Assembly (NCBI GenBank): GCA_963803705.1
Contig: CAWDNU010000004.1
Span: forward strand, 704,001 to 768,000
Direction of reading: 5' to 3'
Length of the DNA: 64,000 bases
Source: an uncultured Pseudobdellovibrionaceae bacterium
Lineage (GTDB): Bacteria > Bdellovibrionota > Bdellovibrionia > Bdellovibrionales > UBA1609
The notes beneath the pieces were generated by a model. That model was not told where the DNA came from and made no database searches. It saw only the letters and a list, made by a program, of their open reading frames with translations. Made by a program: the position numbers and the translations under genes. Positions 1 through 10,672 of the stretch are shown piece by piece. The first letter of the stretch is position 1. The number at the start of each line of letters is the position of its first letter.

Positions 1-3000
1 TATAACACCTGGAGGAAGTTCGTCGCCTTTGAGTAAACGATCTTTTTTATCTTCAAAAACCATTTTAATAGCGTCTAACTGATTACGGGCTGAGTCTACT
101 AAACGAGAAAGTTGCTCTTCGATGCTTGCATCTAAAGGGATATAACTTAAAAGTTCAAAAGGAATACTTTCAACATCGTCTTCTTCAATAACCTGATTTT
201 TTTCTAAAAGTTTTCTTGAACCATCTTCGTTTAAAAGCTCGCCTGTCGTTGTTTTACCGACAACTAAGTTTTTGATTTTATCAAGAGCACTATTTCTAAT
301 AACGTTTTGTTCGATACCGTAATCTTTTTCAAGCTTAGTGCTTTTCTCACTAATGATAGACATTAAACGCTCATCTTTTTCAGAACCCTCACGTGAATAC
401 ACCTGAGCATCTATCACAGTACCGTATACACCAGATGGAACCCGCAGTGAGGTGTCTCTGACATCGCCGGCTTTTTCACCGAAAATAGCTCTTAAAAGTT
501 TTTCTTCTGGAGACAACTGGGTCTCGCCTTTCGGAGTCACTTTACCAACGAGTATATCGCCAGGTCTAACTTCAGCGCCAATTCTAATAATTCCTGAAGT
601 ATCAAGATCGCTTAAGGCCTCTTCACCTACGTTTGCTATATCTCTGGAAAGCTCTTCTCGCCCTAGTTTAGTATCACGAGCTACACATTCAAATTCTTCA
701 ATATGTACAGATGTGTAAACGTCGTCTCTAATTAATCTTTCTGAAATTAAGATTGAATCCTCAAAGTTGTAACCCATCCAAGGTGTGAACGCGACTAAGA
801 TATTTTGGCCTAGTGCAAGTTCCCCGAGCTCTGCAGATGGACCATCGGCAATCACGTCGTTACGTTTTACTTCATCACCAACCTTTACGATAGGTTTCTG
901 ATTGAAACACGTGTTTTGATTCGTTCTTTGATATTTTGTTAAGTTGTAAATATCAATGTTACCACCTAGCTCGCCACCTTTAGCGAAGCGTCTAACAACA
1001 ATTCTAGAAGCATCGACCTCTTCAACGATACCATCGTTTTGAGCCACTACACTTGTACCAGAATCCCGAGCCACTAGACGCTCTACACCAGTTCCAACAA
1101 GTGGAGCACGAGATCTCATCAGGGGAACTGCCTGACGTTGCATATTCGAACCCATCAAAGCTCTGTTTGCATCATCATGCTCTAAAAAAGGTATTAGTGA
1201 AGCTGCGATAGAGACCAACTGGCTTGGGGATACGTCCATTAAAGACACTTTATCTCTTTCAATGATTTCGTATTCACCATCGTGACGAACATTCACTTTT
1301 TCGGTCGTAATTTCTTTTACACCTTTTTGGTCACGTGAAACTTGGGCAATTCTATGCCCAGCTTCTTCTAAGGCAGAAGTGTATTTTATCTCTGCTGAAA
1401 TTTGGCCTTCACTTACGTCTCTGTAAGGTGTTTCAATAAATCCATATTTATTAATTCGTGCGTAAGTAGCAAGGGAGGCAATCAACCCGATGTTTGGACC
1501 TTCGGGAGTTTCAATTGGGCAAATTCGTCCGTAATGCGTTGGATGCACGTCACGCACTTCAAAACCTGCGCGGTCACGTGTTAATCCACCGGGTCCTAGT
1601 GCTGATAGTCTTCTTTTATGAGTAATTTCTGATAACGGATTTGTTTGATCCATAAATTGTGACAGCTGACTAGATCCAAAAAACTCTTTAACGACAGCAG
1701 ATACCGGTTTTGCATTAACCAAATCGTGTGGCATCATTGTGTCAATATCTTGTAAGCTCATTCTTTCTCGAATGGCTCTTTCCATTCGAACTAAGCCGAT
1801 ACGGTATTGGTTTTCTAAAAGCTCACCAACGGACCTTACACGTCTATTGCCCAAATGATCGATATCATCGACAATACCCTGACCGTTTTTAAGATCGATC
1901 ATAGTTTTAACTGTGCTCATAATATCATTTTTTGTAAGTGTACGATGCTCTACTGGTGTCTCATCGAAAGATGTATTATAACGATGATTAATTTTTAAAC
2001 GACCTACTTCACTCAAGTCGTAAGTCTCGGGATTAAAAAATAAACGATCAAAAAAACCTGAGGCCGCATCGACTGCTGGTGGTTCGCCAGGTCTTAACCT
2101 TTTATAAATTTCAAGAATAGCTTCTTCGGTAGAATTTACCTTATCAACTAACAAGGTATTGCGAAGGTAAGGGCCAACGCTCAGACCATCAAAAAAGATA
2201 AGCGAGAAATCTTTAATTCCAGCATTAGCAGAAATCTCCAGAAGTTCAGCGCTAATCTCTTGATTTACATCAGCGATGATCTCCCCGGTCGTCATATCAA
2301 TAAGAGGCTTTGCTAAGACTTTTCCACCTAAATCTTCTGGAGAAACTTCAATTCGTTCTAACCCTGCTTCTTTTACCTTTTTGACAACTGCACGAGTTAT
2401 ACGACGACCAGCTTTGACAAAAACGTCATCATTTTTAGGATTTACGATATCCGATAGGGCTTTTTGACCAGCCATTTTTTCAATATTGATATAGCGATAA
2501 TATTTCCCCTTTTCGAAGACAACTTTGTCCACGTCGTAAAAGTAATTTAGCAGCTCTTCAACTGAAAACCCAAGTGCTCTTAGGACAATGGTAGCAGGAA
2601 ACTTTCTTCGTCTATCAATTCTACAGTATAATAAATCTTTTTGATCAAATTCAAAATCTAACCAGGAACCTCGGTAAGGAATAACTCTGAGCCGAATAAA
2701 TAATCTTACCATTTGTGCTTGATTTTCCATTGTCATGGTCAAAGAAAACACCAGGACTTCTATGCAACTGGGACACAACAACACGCTCTGTACCGTTAAC
2801 AATGAAAGAACCATTTTGTGTCATCAAAGGCATCTCACCTAAGTAGACTTCTTGCTCTTTTACGTCTCTGATATTCTTGGCTTCTGTCTCTTCATCCACT
2901 TCGAAAACAATAAGCCTTAATGTAACTTTTACTGGTGAAGCAAATGTCATTCCCCTTTGACGACACTCATCAACATCATACTTAGGTGGTTCAAGTGCAT

Positions 3001-3236
3001 AATTAACAAACTCCAAGCTTGCAGTTTTGTTAAAGTCTGAAATTGGGAAAACAGATTTAAACACTCCATTTAAACCATCATCCATCTCTACGATCAGGAT
3101 CACTGTCCTTCTGCAAAAAGTCTTCATAAGACTGTTTCTGAAGTTGAATTAAATTTGGAATATCAATAACTATTGGATTTCTTGCAAAAGATCTACGTAA
3201 TCTTATGTTAGAACCTGTTACAGAATTTTTTGACAT
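1..3236 (-). CDS. rpoB: RNA polymerase beta subunit (runs off the left edge; two apparent +1 frameshifts near 3088 and 2688)
   Basis: ATG at 3236 reads [19 protein letters not shown]...[17 protein letters not shown]; then [67 protein letters not shown]. Confidence 0.97.
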
Positions 3237-3573
3237 GTATTGTCTCCTACTTTTAAGACTTTTTATTTATAATTTTAGGGCAAATTAAAACGTCAATAAG
3301 TTCAAATAAACAGAGAGTTTTTTTGAACTAGGGAACTTTAAAATTTTAGATTTCTTTTCTATCAATCCAATTCCTATCACTTAACGCTAAAAAGGAACAC
3401 TATGAGTCTGGAAAATTTTAAATTTAAACCTTAGCTTGTAAATCCTATTCTAAAACTTAAATCTAAAATTCACACCATTTCTACTATCTAGTTCACTACT
3501 GCTCTAACCGAGGACCTTTTATTAAACTTCGCAGTTATACTGTTATAAGTGGACAAGTTCACAGAATTGGTAT

Positions 3574-3600
3574 TAGTGGCCTTAGAAACTAAGACCACTA
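3574..3600 (-). terminator. Hairpin after rplL (attenuator-like, weak U tract)
   Basis: Minus strand TAGTGGTCTTAG-TTT-CTAAGGCCACTA, 12-bp stem directly after the rplL stop. Confidence 0.45.
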
Positions 3601-3611
3601 AACTCATTGCA

Positions 3612-3983
3612 CTACTTAACTTCTACTTTTGCTCCAGCTTTTTCCAAAGCCTCTTGAATCTTGGCAGCTTCATCTTTAGTTACAGCTTCTTTAACAGCTT
3701 TAGGGGCCGCCTCGACTAGGTCTTTGGCTTCTTTTAAGCCTAAACCAGTAATTGCTCTAACTTCCTTAATGACGTTAATTTTACTGGCACCCGCGGCAGT
3801 AAGTATAACATCAAATTCAGTTTTTTCTTCAGCGGCAGCAGCTGGTCCACCGGCAGCAGCAACTGCAACTGGAGCAGCAGCGCTAACGCCCCACTTTTCT
3901 TCTAATGTAGTGATCATCTCAGCAAGCTCGATGACCGGCAATTTTGAAAGGTATTCTACGACTGATTCTTTATCTAATGACAT
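3612..3983 (-). CDS. rplL: 50S ribosomal protein L7/L12
   Basis: [47 protein letters not shown]. Confidence 0.98.
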   Translation of the reverse strand: MSLDKESVVEYLSKLPVIELAEMITTLEEKWGVSAAAPVAVAAAGGPAAAAEEKTEFDVILTAAGASKINVIKEVRAITGLGLKEAKDLVEAAPKAVKEAVTKDEAAKIQEALEKAGAKVEVK

Positions 3984-4008
3984 TCTATAACTCCTTTAAT
4001 TTTTTAAC

Positions 4009-4540
4009 CTATGAATTTTGTTTATCTTTATAAGCATTTAATACATTTACGAACCCACCTGGAACTGCATTCAACACTCTAACAAATGTAGATGCTGGTG
4101 CTTGTAGTGTTCCAAGAAGTTTAGCCCTTAGCTCGTCTTTGCCTGGAAGAGTCGCAAGATAGTTCAGTTTCTGTGCATCGAGTATGGTTTCACCCATGAC
4201 ACCGGCTTTGAAACTAAAATGCTCAACTTCTTTAGCAAATTCAGAAACTGTTCTTGCAGGACCACTAGCTTCATCAAAAGCAAATACAAAAGCGTTCGTC
4301 CCAACAATCTTAGGACTAAGCGCTTCATTTGCAGTTTTGTACTCAGATAGAGCGCGAAGAGCTAAGAGTGTTTCTTACAACTTTCATTGTAGCTCCAACC
4401 TCACTCAGCTGCTTACGCAGCGTGGTCACTTGTGCAACGTTCATACCTTTGTAATCTACAAGAAATGACGCTTTTGATTTACCAAAACTATCAGACAGAT
4501 TTTGTATTCGTTCTGCCTTACTTTCCTTATTGTTGATCAA
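4009..4540 (-). CDS. rplJ: 50S ribosomal protein L10 (apparent frameshift near 4365)
   Basis: TTG start with GGAGG RBS; VDYKGMNVAQVTTLRKQL..KVVRNTL, then LATLPGKDELRAKLLGTLQAP in another frame. Confidence 0.93.
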
Positions 4541-4564
4541 TTTATTACCTCCTTTATTAGATTT

Positions 4565-4650
4565 ACTGTCTTCAGGTGGAGGATTTTACCCCTCGATAGG
4601 AAATTAAGTTCTGTTAAGTGGAACACCTATTTTCTTCGATCGAAGACAGT
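4565..4650 (-). promoter_or_regulatory. L10 leader (ribosomal protein autoregulatory RNA)
   Basis: Closing stem ACTGTCTTC/GAAGACAGT around AAGA..ATAGG...TTAA..CCTATCGAGG, directly upstream of rplJ. Confidence 0.65.
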
Positions 4651-4675
4651 ATAAAATTTAAAATTACTAATTCTA

Positions 4676-5372
4676 TTATTTGCTAAACTCCACAGTGTCT
4701 AATTTAATACCAGCACCCATCGTGGATGAAATGGCTATACCTTTCATGTAAATACCTTTACTTGAAGAAGGTTTTGCTTTCAGAATTGAGGCCATGAAGG
4801 TTCTAAAATTATCAGTAAGTTTTTCAGATCCCATTGATTTACGACCAATAGTCGCATGAACAGTTCCGTCTTTATCGACTCTGTAGTCCAACTTTACCTT
4901 TCTTTTCAGCTTCAACTGCAGCAGTCACATTCATAGTCACTGTGCCAACTTTAGGGTTAGGCATTAATCCACGAGGGCCCAAGATCTTTGCGACTTTAGA
5001 AACCGTAGCCATCATATCCGGAGTAGCTAGGCTTTATCAAAATCTAACCAACCACCTTGGATCTTTGCTACGATATCATCAGCACCCACAAAATCGGCAC
5101 CTGCTGCTTTTGCTTCTTCCTCTTTAGGTCCTTTAGCAAAGACCAGAACTCGTACAGTTTTACCCAAACCATGAGGTAAGGCTACTGCACCACGAACTTG
5201 TTGATCACTTTGTTTCGGATCAACACCCAACTCTAACGGCCACATCAATGGACTCATCAAATTTTGCAGGCGCCGTATCAACAGCTAAAGCTACTGCTTC
5301 TTGGGCTGAATACTTCTTATTTCTATCAATTTTTTTTCTGGATTCTGTTAGTTTTTTTCCTGCTTTTGACAT
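4676..5372 (-). CDS. rplA: 50S ribosomal protein L1 (several apparent frameshifts)
   Basis: [65 protein letters not shown] across frames. Confidence 0.95.
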
Positions 5373-5382
5373 CATCAGCTCC

Positions 5383-5807
5383 TTAATTAACGACTTCTAG
5401 GCCCATGCTTTTCGCAGTGCCTTGAACTTGGGAAATAGCCGATTCTAACGACACACCATTTAAGTCTTCCAACTTTGCTTTTGCAATCTCTTCGACTTGA
5501 GCCATGGTAACTTTACCAACAACGTTGCTCTGGGGTGTTTTAGAACCGCTTTTTATATTAGCTGCTTTTTTTAATAAAACAGATGCCGGCGCTGATTTGG
5601 TGACAAACGTGAATGAGCGATCAGCGTAAACAGTGATGATAACAGGAACTACCGTATCACCTAAGCCTGGGTTTTTGCGTTGAACTGTTTGCAAAAATCC
5701 ATAATGTTTACACCGTGCTGTCCGAGTGCCGGTCCAACGGGAGGCGATGGATTCGCTTTCCCTGCCGGGATCTGTAGCTTTATCATACCTGTGACTTTTT
5801 TAGCCAT
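5383..5807 (-). CDS. rplK: 50S ribosomal protein L11 (apparent frameshift near 5668)
   Basis: [46 protein letters not shown], then [14 protein letters not shown]...GTAKSMG. Confidence 0.95.
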
Positions 5808-5959
5808 GACCCACTCCTAGCATTCCCATTTAAATAATCTTAAATGGGTGGTTACTTTACTGAACTACTGGTAATCCGCCAAAAGGCTAAAGATGTCAAT
5901 AAACTATTAGCTTAAAACAAGATTTAACTGAATAATTATTGAGTTGAATTGATTAGCTA

Positions 5960-6500
5960 TTAGTTTTTTTGAACTTGAATAAAATCCAGTTCAACCGGTG
6001 TAGGTCGGCCAAAAATACTTACTGAGACTTTAACTTTCGCCTTTTCATCATTAATCTCTTCGACCGTGCCCGTGAAAGTTATTAAATGGACCATCAACGA
6101 CGGTTACAGTTTCGCCTACGGTAAAATCAGCTTTAGGTTTGGAAACTACAGCACCATCTTCCATCTGTTGTGTTACTCTTCTAACTTGCTCTTCAGGAAC
6201 TTCAGGCGGTCTCATTTTATTTGAAGAGCTACCAACGAAACCTGTGACTTTTGAAGCCCCACGGACTAAGTGCCATGTGTCTTCATTCATCACCATTTGC
6301 ACAAAAATATAACCTGGAAAAAACTTTTTGGCTCTGGTTTGTTTTTGACCTTTTACAAGCTCCACAACGTTTTCAGTGGGAACTAAAACTTCACCAAACG
6401 ATTCGTCCATTTTGTTCGACTTAACTCGCTCCAGTATTGCAGATTTTGCTATAGCTTCACAGCTGGTTTGAACGTTAACGATGTACCACTTTTTTTCCAT
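5960..6500 (-). CDS. nusG: Transcription termination/antitermination factor NusG (apparent frameshift near 6075)
   Basis: [27 protein letters not shown] motif DGPFNNF; C-terminus [21 protein letters not shown] in a shifted frame. Confidence 0.95.
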
Positions 6501-6509
6501 CACTATCCT

Positions 6510-6908
6510 CTATCGACCTAAAATATAATCAATAACACTGCTTGATAAAGCATCCATCCCGAAAAGGATGATGCCAGAAAGTATCAGCATAAAAGAAACT
6601 ACAAGAGTAGATAATTGCACATCTCTTTGAGATGGCCAAACCACTTTTGATGTTTCGGTAACGACTTCTTCTGCCCACGTCCTTTTCTTCGGACTTAACT
6701 GAAGATATAAAAACGCTGCAAGGGCCAATAAAACCGGTAATCCGACTTCATACAGTTCTATTCCGCCGATTTTGTAAGACCTAAGCTTAGCAACCATTGG
6801 AAGACCAGCAGCTAAAGTTTCGAATATAACCCCAGAAACCCACCAGACTAAGATAGCTGCGGCTGCAAAAGAAAAAGTTACGGCCTTATTAATATTTTGC
6901 TTTTCCAT
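6510..6908 (-). CDS. secE: Preprotein translocase subunit SecE (3 TM form)
   Basis: EVVTETSKVVWPS motif followed by a TM helix; lies between tRNA-Trp and nusG. Confidence 0.92.
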   Translation of the reverse strand: MEKQNINKAVTFSFAAAAILVWWVSGVIFETLAAGLPMVAKLRSYKIGGIELYEVGLPVLLALAAFLYLQLSPKKRTWAEEVVTETSKVVWPSQRDVQLSTLVVSFMLILSGIILFGMDALSSSVIDYILGR

Positions 6909-6956
6909 TGTGCTAGTTCCTTAAATCGAAATGCATTATACTTTCAAAATTTAAAA

Positions 6957-7033
6957 TGGCAGGGCAGGAGGGATTCGAACCCCCAACCTATTGATTTGGA
7001 GTCAACCGCTCTACCAATTAGAGCTACTACCCT
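6957..7033 (-). tRNA. tRNA-Trp(CCA)
   Basis: AGGGTAGTAGCTCTAATTGGTAGAGCGGTTGACTCCAAATCAAT...GGTTCGAATCC...GCCA cloverleaf. Confidence 0.97.
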
Positions 7034-7060
7034 ACACCAAATAAAAAAAACTTTCAAATT

Positions 7061-7096
7061 AAAAAGCCAAAGAGCATATTCAATGAACTCTTTGGC
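7061..7096 (-). terminator. Rho-independent terminator downstream of tuf
   Basis: GCCAAAGAG/CTCTTTGGC stem followed by TTTTT on the minus strand. Confidence 0.65.
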
Positions 7097-7158
7097 AAAA
7101 CACTTCTTTTTCTAAACAAACTCTAATCTTAAAAACACTAATTTGATTTCAGAGCAAA

Positions 7159-7253
7159 TAAATTTTAGAGCTTGATTGTCCAAGGCACAAACCTGAAGGC
7201 GTACTTTAGTACGTCGATGGTGCGGTAACGACGGACAATCATGCTTAAATTTA
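7159..7253. repeat. Palindromic REP/MITE-like element
   Basis: Nested inverted repeats TGATTGTCC/GGACAATCA and GGCGTAC-TTTA-GTACGTC. Confidence 0.6.
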
Positions 7254-7255
7254 TT

Positions 7256-8451
7256 TTATTCTTTGATTTCGGTTACAACACCCGCACCAACAGTACGACC
7301 ACCCTCGCGAATCGCGAAGCGAAGTTCTTTTTCCATTGCGATTGGTGCAATAAGTTCACATGACATTTCAACGCGGTCACCAGGCATTACCATTTCAATG
7401 CCTTCTTTTAGAGTTACGATTCCAGTGATATCAGTCGTTCTGAAATAAAACTGTGGTCTGTAACCATTAAAAAACGGAGTGTGTCTTCCACCTTCTTCTT
7501 TTGTAAGAATATAAGCTTCACACTGAAATTTCTTATGTGGATTAATACTACCGATTTTAGCAAGAACTTGACCACGCTCAACATCTTCTTTCTTAGTACC
7601 ACGTAGTAAACAACCACAGTTGTCCCCAGCTTGACCTTGATCAAGAAGCTTTCTGAACATTTCAATACCAGTAACGATAGTTTTTTGAGTCGGACGAATA
7701 CCTACGATTTCGACTTCTTCACCAACTTTAATAATACCACGCTCAACACGACCAGTAACAACTGTACCACGACCAGAGATTGAAAATACATCTTCAATAG
7801 GCATCAAGAAAGTTTTATCTACCTGACGCTCTGGAGCTGGAATGTACGAATCAACTTCATCCATTAATTCTTGAATAGACTTTCGAACCGATTTCAGACT
7901 CATCACCTTCTAAAGCTTTTAATGCTGAACCCTCTAATATTGGGATATCATCACCTGGAAACTCATATTTTGATAATAATTCACGAATCTCGAGCTCAAC
8001 TAGATCCAGTAATTCAGGATCATCGACTTGGTCCACTTTGTTCATGAAGACAACTATAGCTGGAACACCAACCTGTCGAGCCAAGAAGAATATGTTCACG
8101 AGTTTGAGGCATAGGACCATCAGCAGCATTAACAACAAGAATCGCTCCATCCATCTGTGCAGCACCAGTGATCATGTTTTTAACGTAATCAGCGTGTCCT
8201 GGACAGTCAACGTGAGCGTAATGGCGCTTGCTAGTTTCGTACTCTACGTGAGCTGTTGAAATAGTGATACCACGCTCTCTTTCTTCTGGAGCCTTATCGA
8301 TCATATCATAGGCCATGGCTGTGCCTTTACCCATCGCTTTTGACATTACAGTAGTAATTGCAGCTGTCAAAGTTGTCTTACCATGGTCAACGTGCCCGAT
8401 GGTTCCAATATTTACGTGTTCCTTCGAACGATCAAATTTTTCTTTAGACAT
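7256..8451 (-). CDS. tuf: Elongation factor Tu (two apparent +1 frameshifts near 8085 and 7880)
   Basis: [42 protein letters not shown] split over three frames. Confidence 0.98.
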
Positions 8452-8578
8452 GAACTATGTCCTCCTAGCATTTCGTTTATAGTTGTTATTTTGTAATACA
8501 CTAAAATCAATTGTTTTCAAATCAAAAATTTATCCAACCGCAAGGTCGTATCTTAGTCAATCAAGCCACTGCTTTTTC

Positions 8579-8734
8579 CGCTGCGCGCGGCCTCTTAATC
8601 AGGTTTGCACACCTAGCGCTGCGCGCGGCCTCTTAATCAGGTTTGCACACCTAGCGCTGCGCACGGCTTTTCGATCAAGTTTGCAAACACCTTGCGCTGC
8701 CCATGGTTTCACGGTCAAATTTACAAGCACCTTA
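8579..8734. repeat. Tandem repeat, 38-40 bp unit x4 (two identical, two degenerate)
   Basis: CGCTGCGCGCGGCCTCTTAATCAGGTTTGCACACCTAG at 8579-8616 and 8617-8654; degenerate copies at 8655-8694 and 8695-8734. Confidence 0.85.
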
Positions 8735-8838
8735 CACACACACGAATTGCTCAGAAAGAGGTAAGTGCCATCCAAACATTAGAACGTCACTAAACATTTG
8801 CACTTAGGATAAATCTAGCTCGGTCAGTCAAACATAAA

Positions 8839-8913
8839 TGGAGCCCGTAGTGAGACTCGAACTCACGGCCTCACCCTTACCAAGGGTGTGCTCTACCCCT
8901 GAGCCATACGGGC
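8839..8913 (-). tRNA. tRNA-Thr(GGT)
   Basis: GCCCGTATGGCTCAG...CACCCTTGGTAAGGGTG...GTTCGAG...GGGCTCCA. Confidence 0.97.
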
Positions 8914-8934
8914 TGAAATTTTAAAATTCAAGGT

Positions 8935-9011
8935 TGGAGCGGGAGACGGGTCTCGAACCCGCAACCCTCAGCTTGGAAGGCTGATACTCTAGCCAATTGA
9001 GCTACTCCCGC
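8935..9011 (-). tRNA. tRNA-Gly(TCC), intact copy at the prophage junction
   Basis: GCGGGAGTAGCTCAATTGGCTAGAGTATCAGCCTTCCAAGCTGAGGGTTGCGGGTTCGAGACCCGTCTCCCGCTCCA. Confidence 0.97.
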
Positions 9012-9014
9012 TCT
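8963..9014. repeat. att site (left), 52-bp direct repeat
   Basis: AACCCTCAGCTTGGAAGGCTGATACTCTAGCCAATTGAGCTACTCCCGCTCT, identical to 40899-40950. Confidence 0.95.
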
Positions 9015-9356
9015 AAAGTAATTTTCATTCACAAAAACCTTTAAAACTAAACAAAAATTACATTGAATTTCTGGTAGTTGTTTTTACTACCGCCTGGTAG
9101 TTGATTTTTGCTTTAAGAACATCCAAATATTGCACTTTCTGGTAGTTCCCCTTTTCCTATAGGCTGGTGTATTTGAATTTTAAATTCAAGTCAAAACTTA
9201 AATAGTCTGTCTAATTATTTAATGTCCAACTACCATTATTTTTAAAGCAATTTAGGATAATCATCATTAAGTTTTGAAATATACTGAACAACTTTGACTC
9301 TGAATAATAGCATTTTTAGAAGTTCAAACCCGTAACTACTTACAATCAGTACGCCA

Positions 9357-9698
9357 CTATTTATCCACTACATCTATAAATTGTGGAAACAAATCTAACT
9401 CATCTTTACCTATGTTGGGTCCACGCTGCATAGTTGAGATAAGCTGAATATCCTCTGTTGATCTACATCTTAAAGTGCCATCAGCGTAGCAGCAGAATGC
9501 TTTGTACCTAGTTGGTGACCCTGGGTGCTGAGCATTAGCTATTATCTCATGACCAGACAGATTTAGGTTCTTTAATATCTGTAGCCTTTCTTCAGCTGAT
9601 CTTTGTGCATACATAGGCTTTCCATCAGATTTAGGTTGTTCCCATAAATCATATAAATTCTTTAGATTGTCCTTATCAGCTCTTCTCATGTGCCCCAC
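9357..9698 (-). CDS. Phage hypothetical protein
   Basis: 113-aa ORF, no recognised motif, start uncertain. Confidence 0.5.
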   Translation of the reverse strand: MGHMRRADKDNLKNLYDLWEQPKSDGKPMYAQRSAEERLQILKNLNLSGHEIIANAQHPGSPTRYKAFCCYADGTLRCRSTEDIQLISTMQRGPNIGKDELDLFPQFIDVVDK

Positions 9699-10403
9699 CT
9701 ACTACGCTTTAGACTTACACTAAACTTACACGTGCAGAGCTAACCTGTCTACTAAATAATTTAGGGCTTTTTTAGAAGTTTAAACCCATAACTAGCTATA
9801 ATAATTAAGCCGTTTGTTTGTACCACTATTATGAAATATTACTTTGCAATTAGGTATGTTACTAATATTATTCAGATAAACGGCAAAAGTGTCACAATTT
9901 TACATCAAAAAATGTGTTAAAATAATATATAAATTTAATAGGCCCATATCCGTTAGGATATTAAATGCTTTCATTGCCTTTTTAACCTAGAAATAAAGGG
10001 CCGATTAATTGCTTTAGTTCTTTGCGGACGATGACCGACTTTCTCTTGAGGTTAAACATTCATTCTCCTTTGGTTTACAGACAAAGATCGTCTTTACCTG
10101 CACCTTATACAAATATGTTACAAAAGCGGCTTAATACTTAGCTCTAGGCCGCTTGGCCAAGGAGGCTAGATTAATTATAAAGAAAGTGGAACTAGATTAG
10201 TGTATTACTGGCGATTTTTAGCGAGCCTCAAGCGAGCACCGTAGCTTCGCCCTATCACTAAGTAGGGACTAGAAAAGCTAATAGACTTATCTACAACTTA
10301 TCTACTAACAAAAGAACTATAGTATTAGTAAATGAATTTTAGACATAGCTATTGCGAAGACCATCTATACTATTTGTTAGACCATTTAGTGACTAGTTAT
10401 TAA

Positions 10404-10453
10404 TAATAAAAGGCGATTAACGTAACGGCCTTCAGGGCCGTAAAAAGTCGCCT
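10404..10453 (-). terminator. Possible terminator of the large ncRNA transcript
   Basis: AGGCGACT..ACGGCCC-TGA-AGGCCGT..AATCGCCT followed by TTTATT on the minus strand. Confidence 0.5.
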
Positions 10454-10672
10454 AATACTAAGCCGATAATATATGTATCTAGTATTTTTTAGACGCAACT
10501 TTGGTATTAGGTACTGTGATAAGTACAGATGAGATACAGTTACTTAGTATCTACTTCCTCGTGAAGCTATCCGGTTTATGCCGTTCCCCTGTACCACTAC
10601 AGGCTTAATGCTTCAGTCCATAATTACTTAGATTAGTTTCATAGCCTTTTCTCTAGCATCTAATTACTAAGT

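Noticed and set aside
452..2467. Short plus-strand ORFs here, and similar antisense ORFs within clpB, the tail genes and ribE
   Set aside because: Shadow ORFs opposite well-supported genes
2650..8100. Frameshifts in rpoB, rplJ, rplA, rplK, nusG and tuf as pseudogenes or programmed recoding
   Set aside because: Mostly single-base indels in otherwise conserved essential genes, clustered in one stretch; most likely consensus errors, to be confirmed with reads
8579..8734. CRISPR array
   Set aside because: Units are contiguous with no unique spacers, and no cas genes are present
8483..8764. 93-aa plus-strand ORF
   Set aside because: Arises from the tandem repeat, antisense to the operon, no RBS
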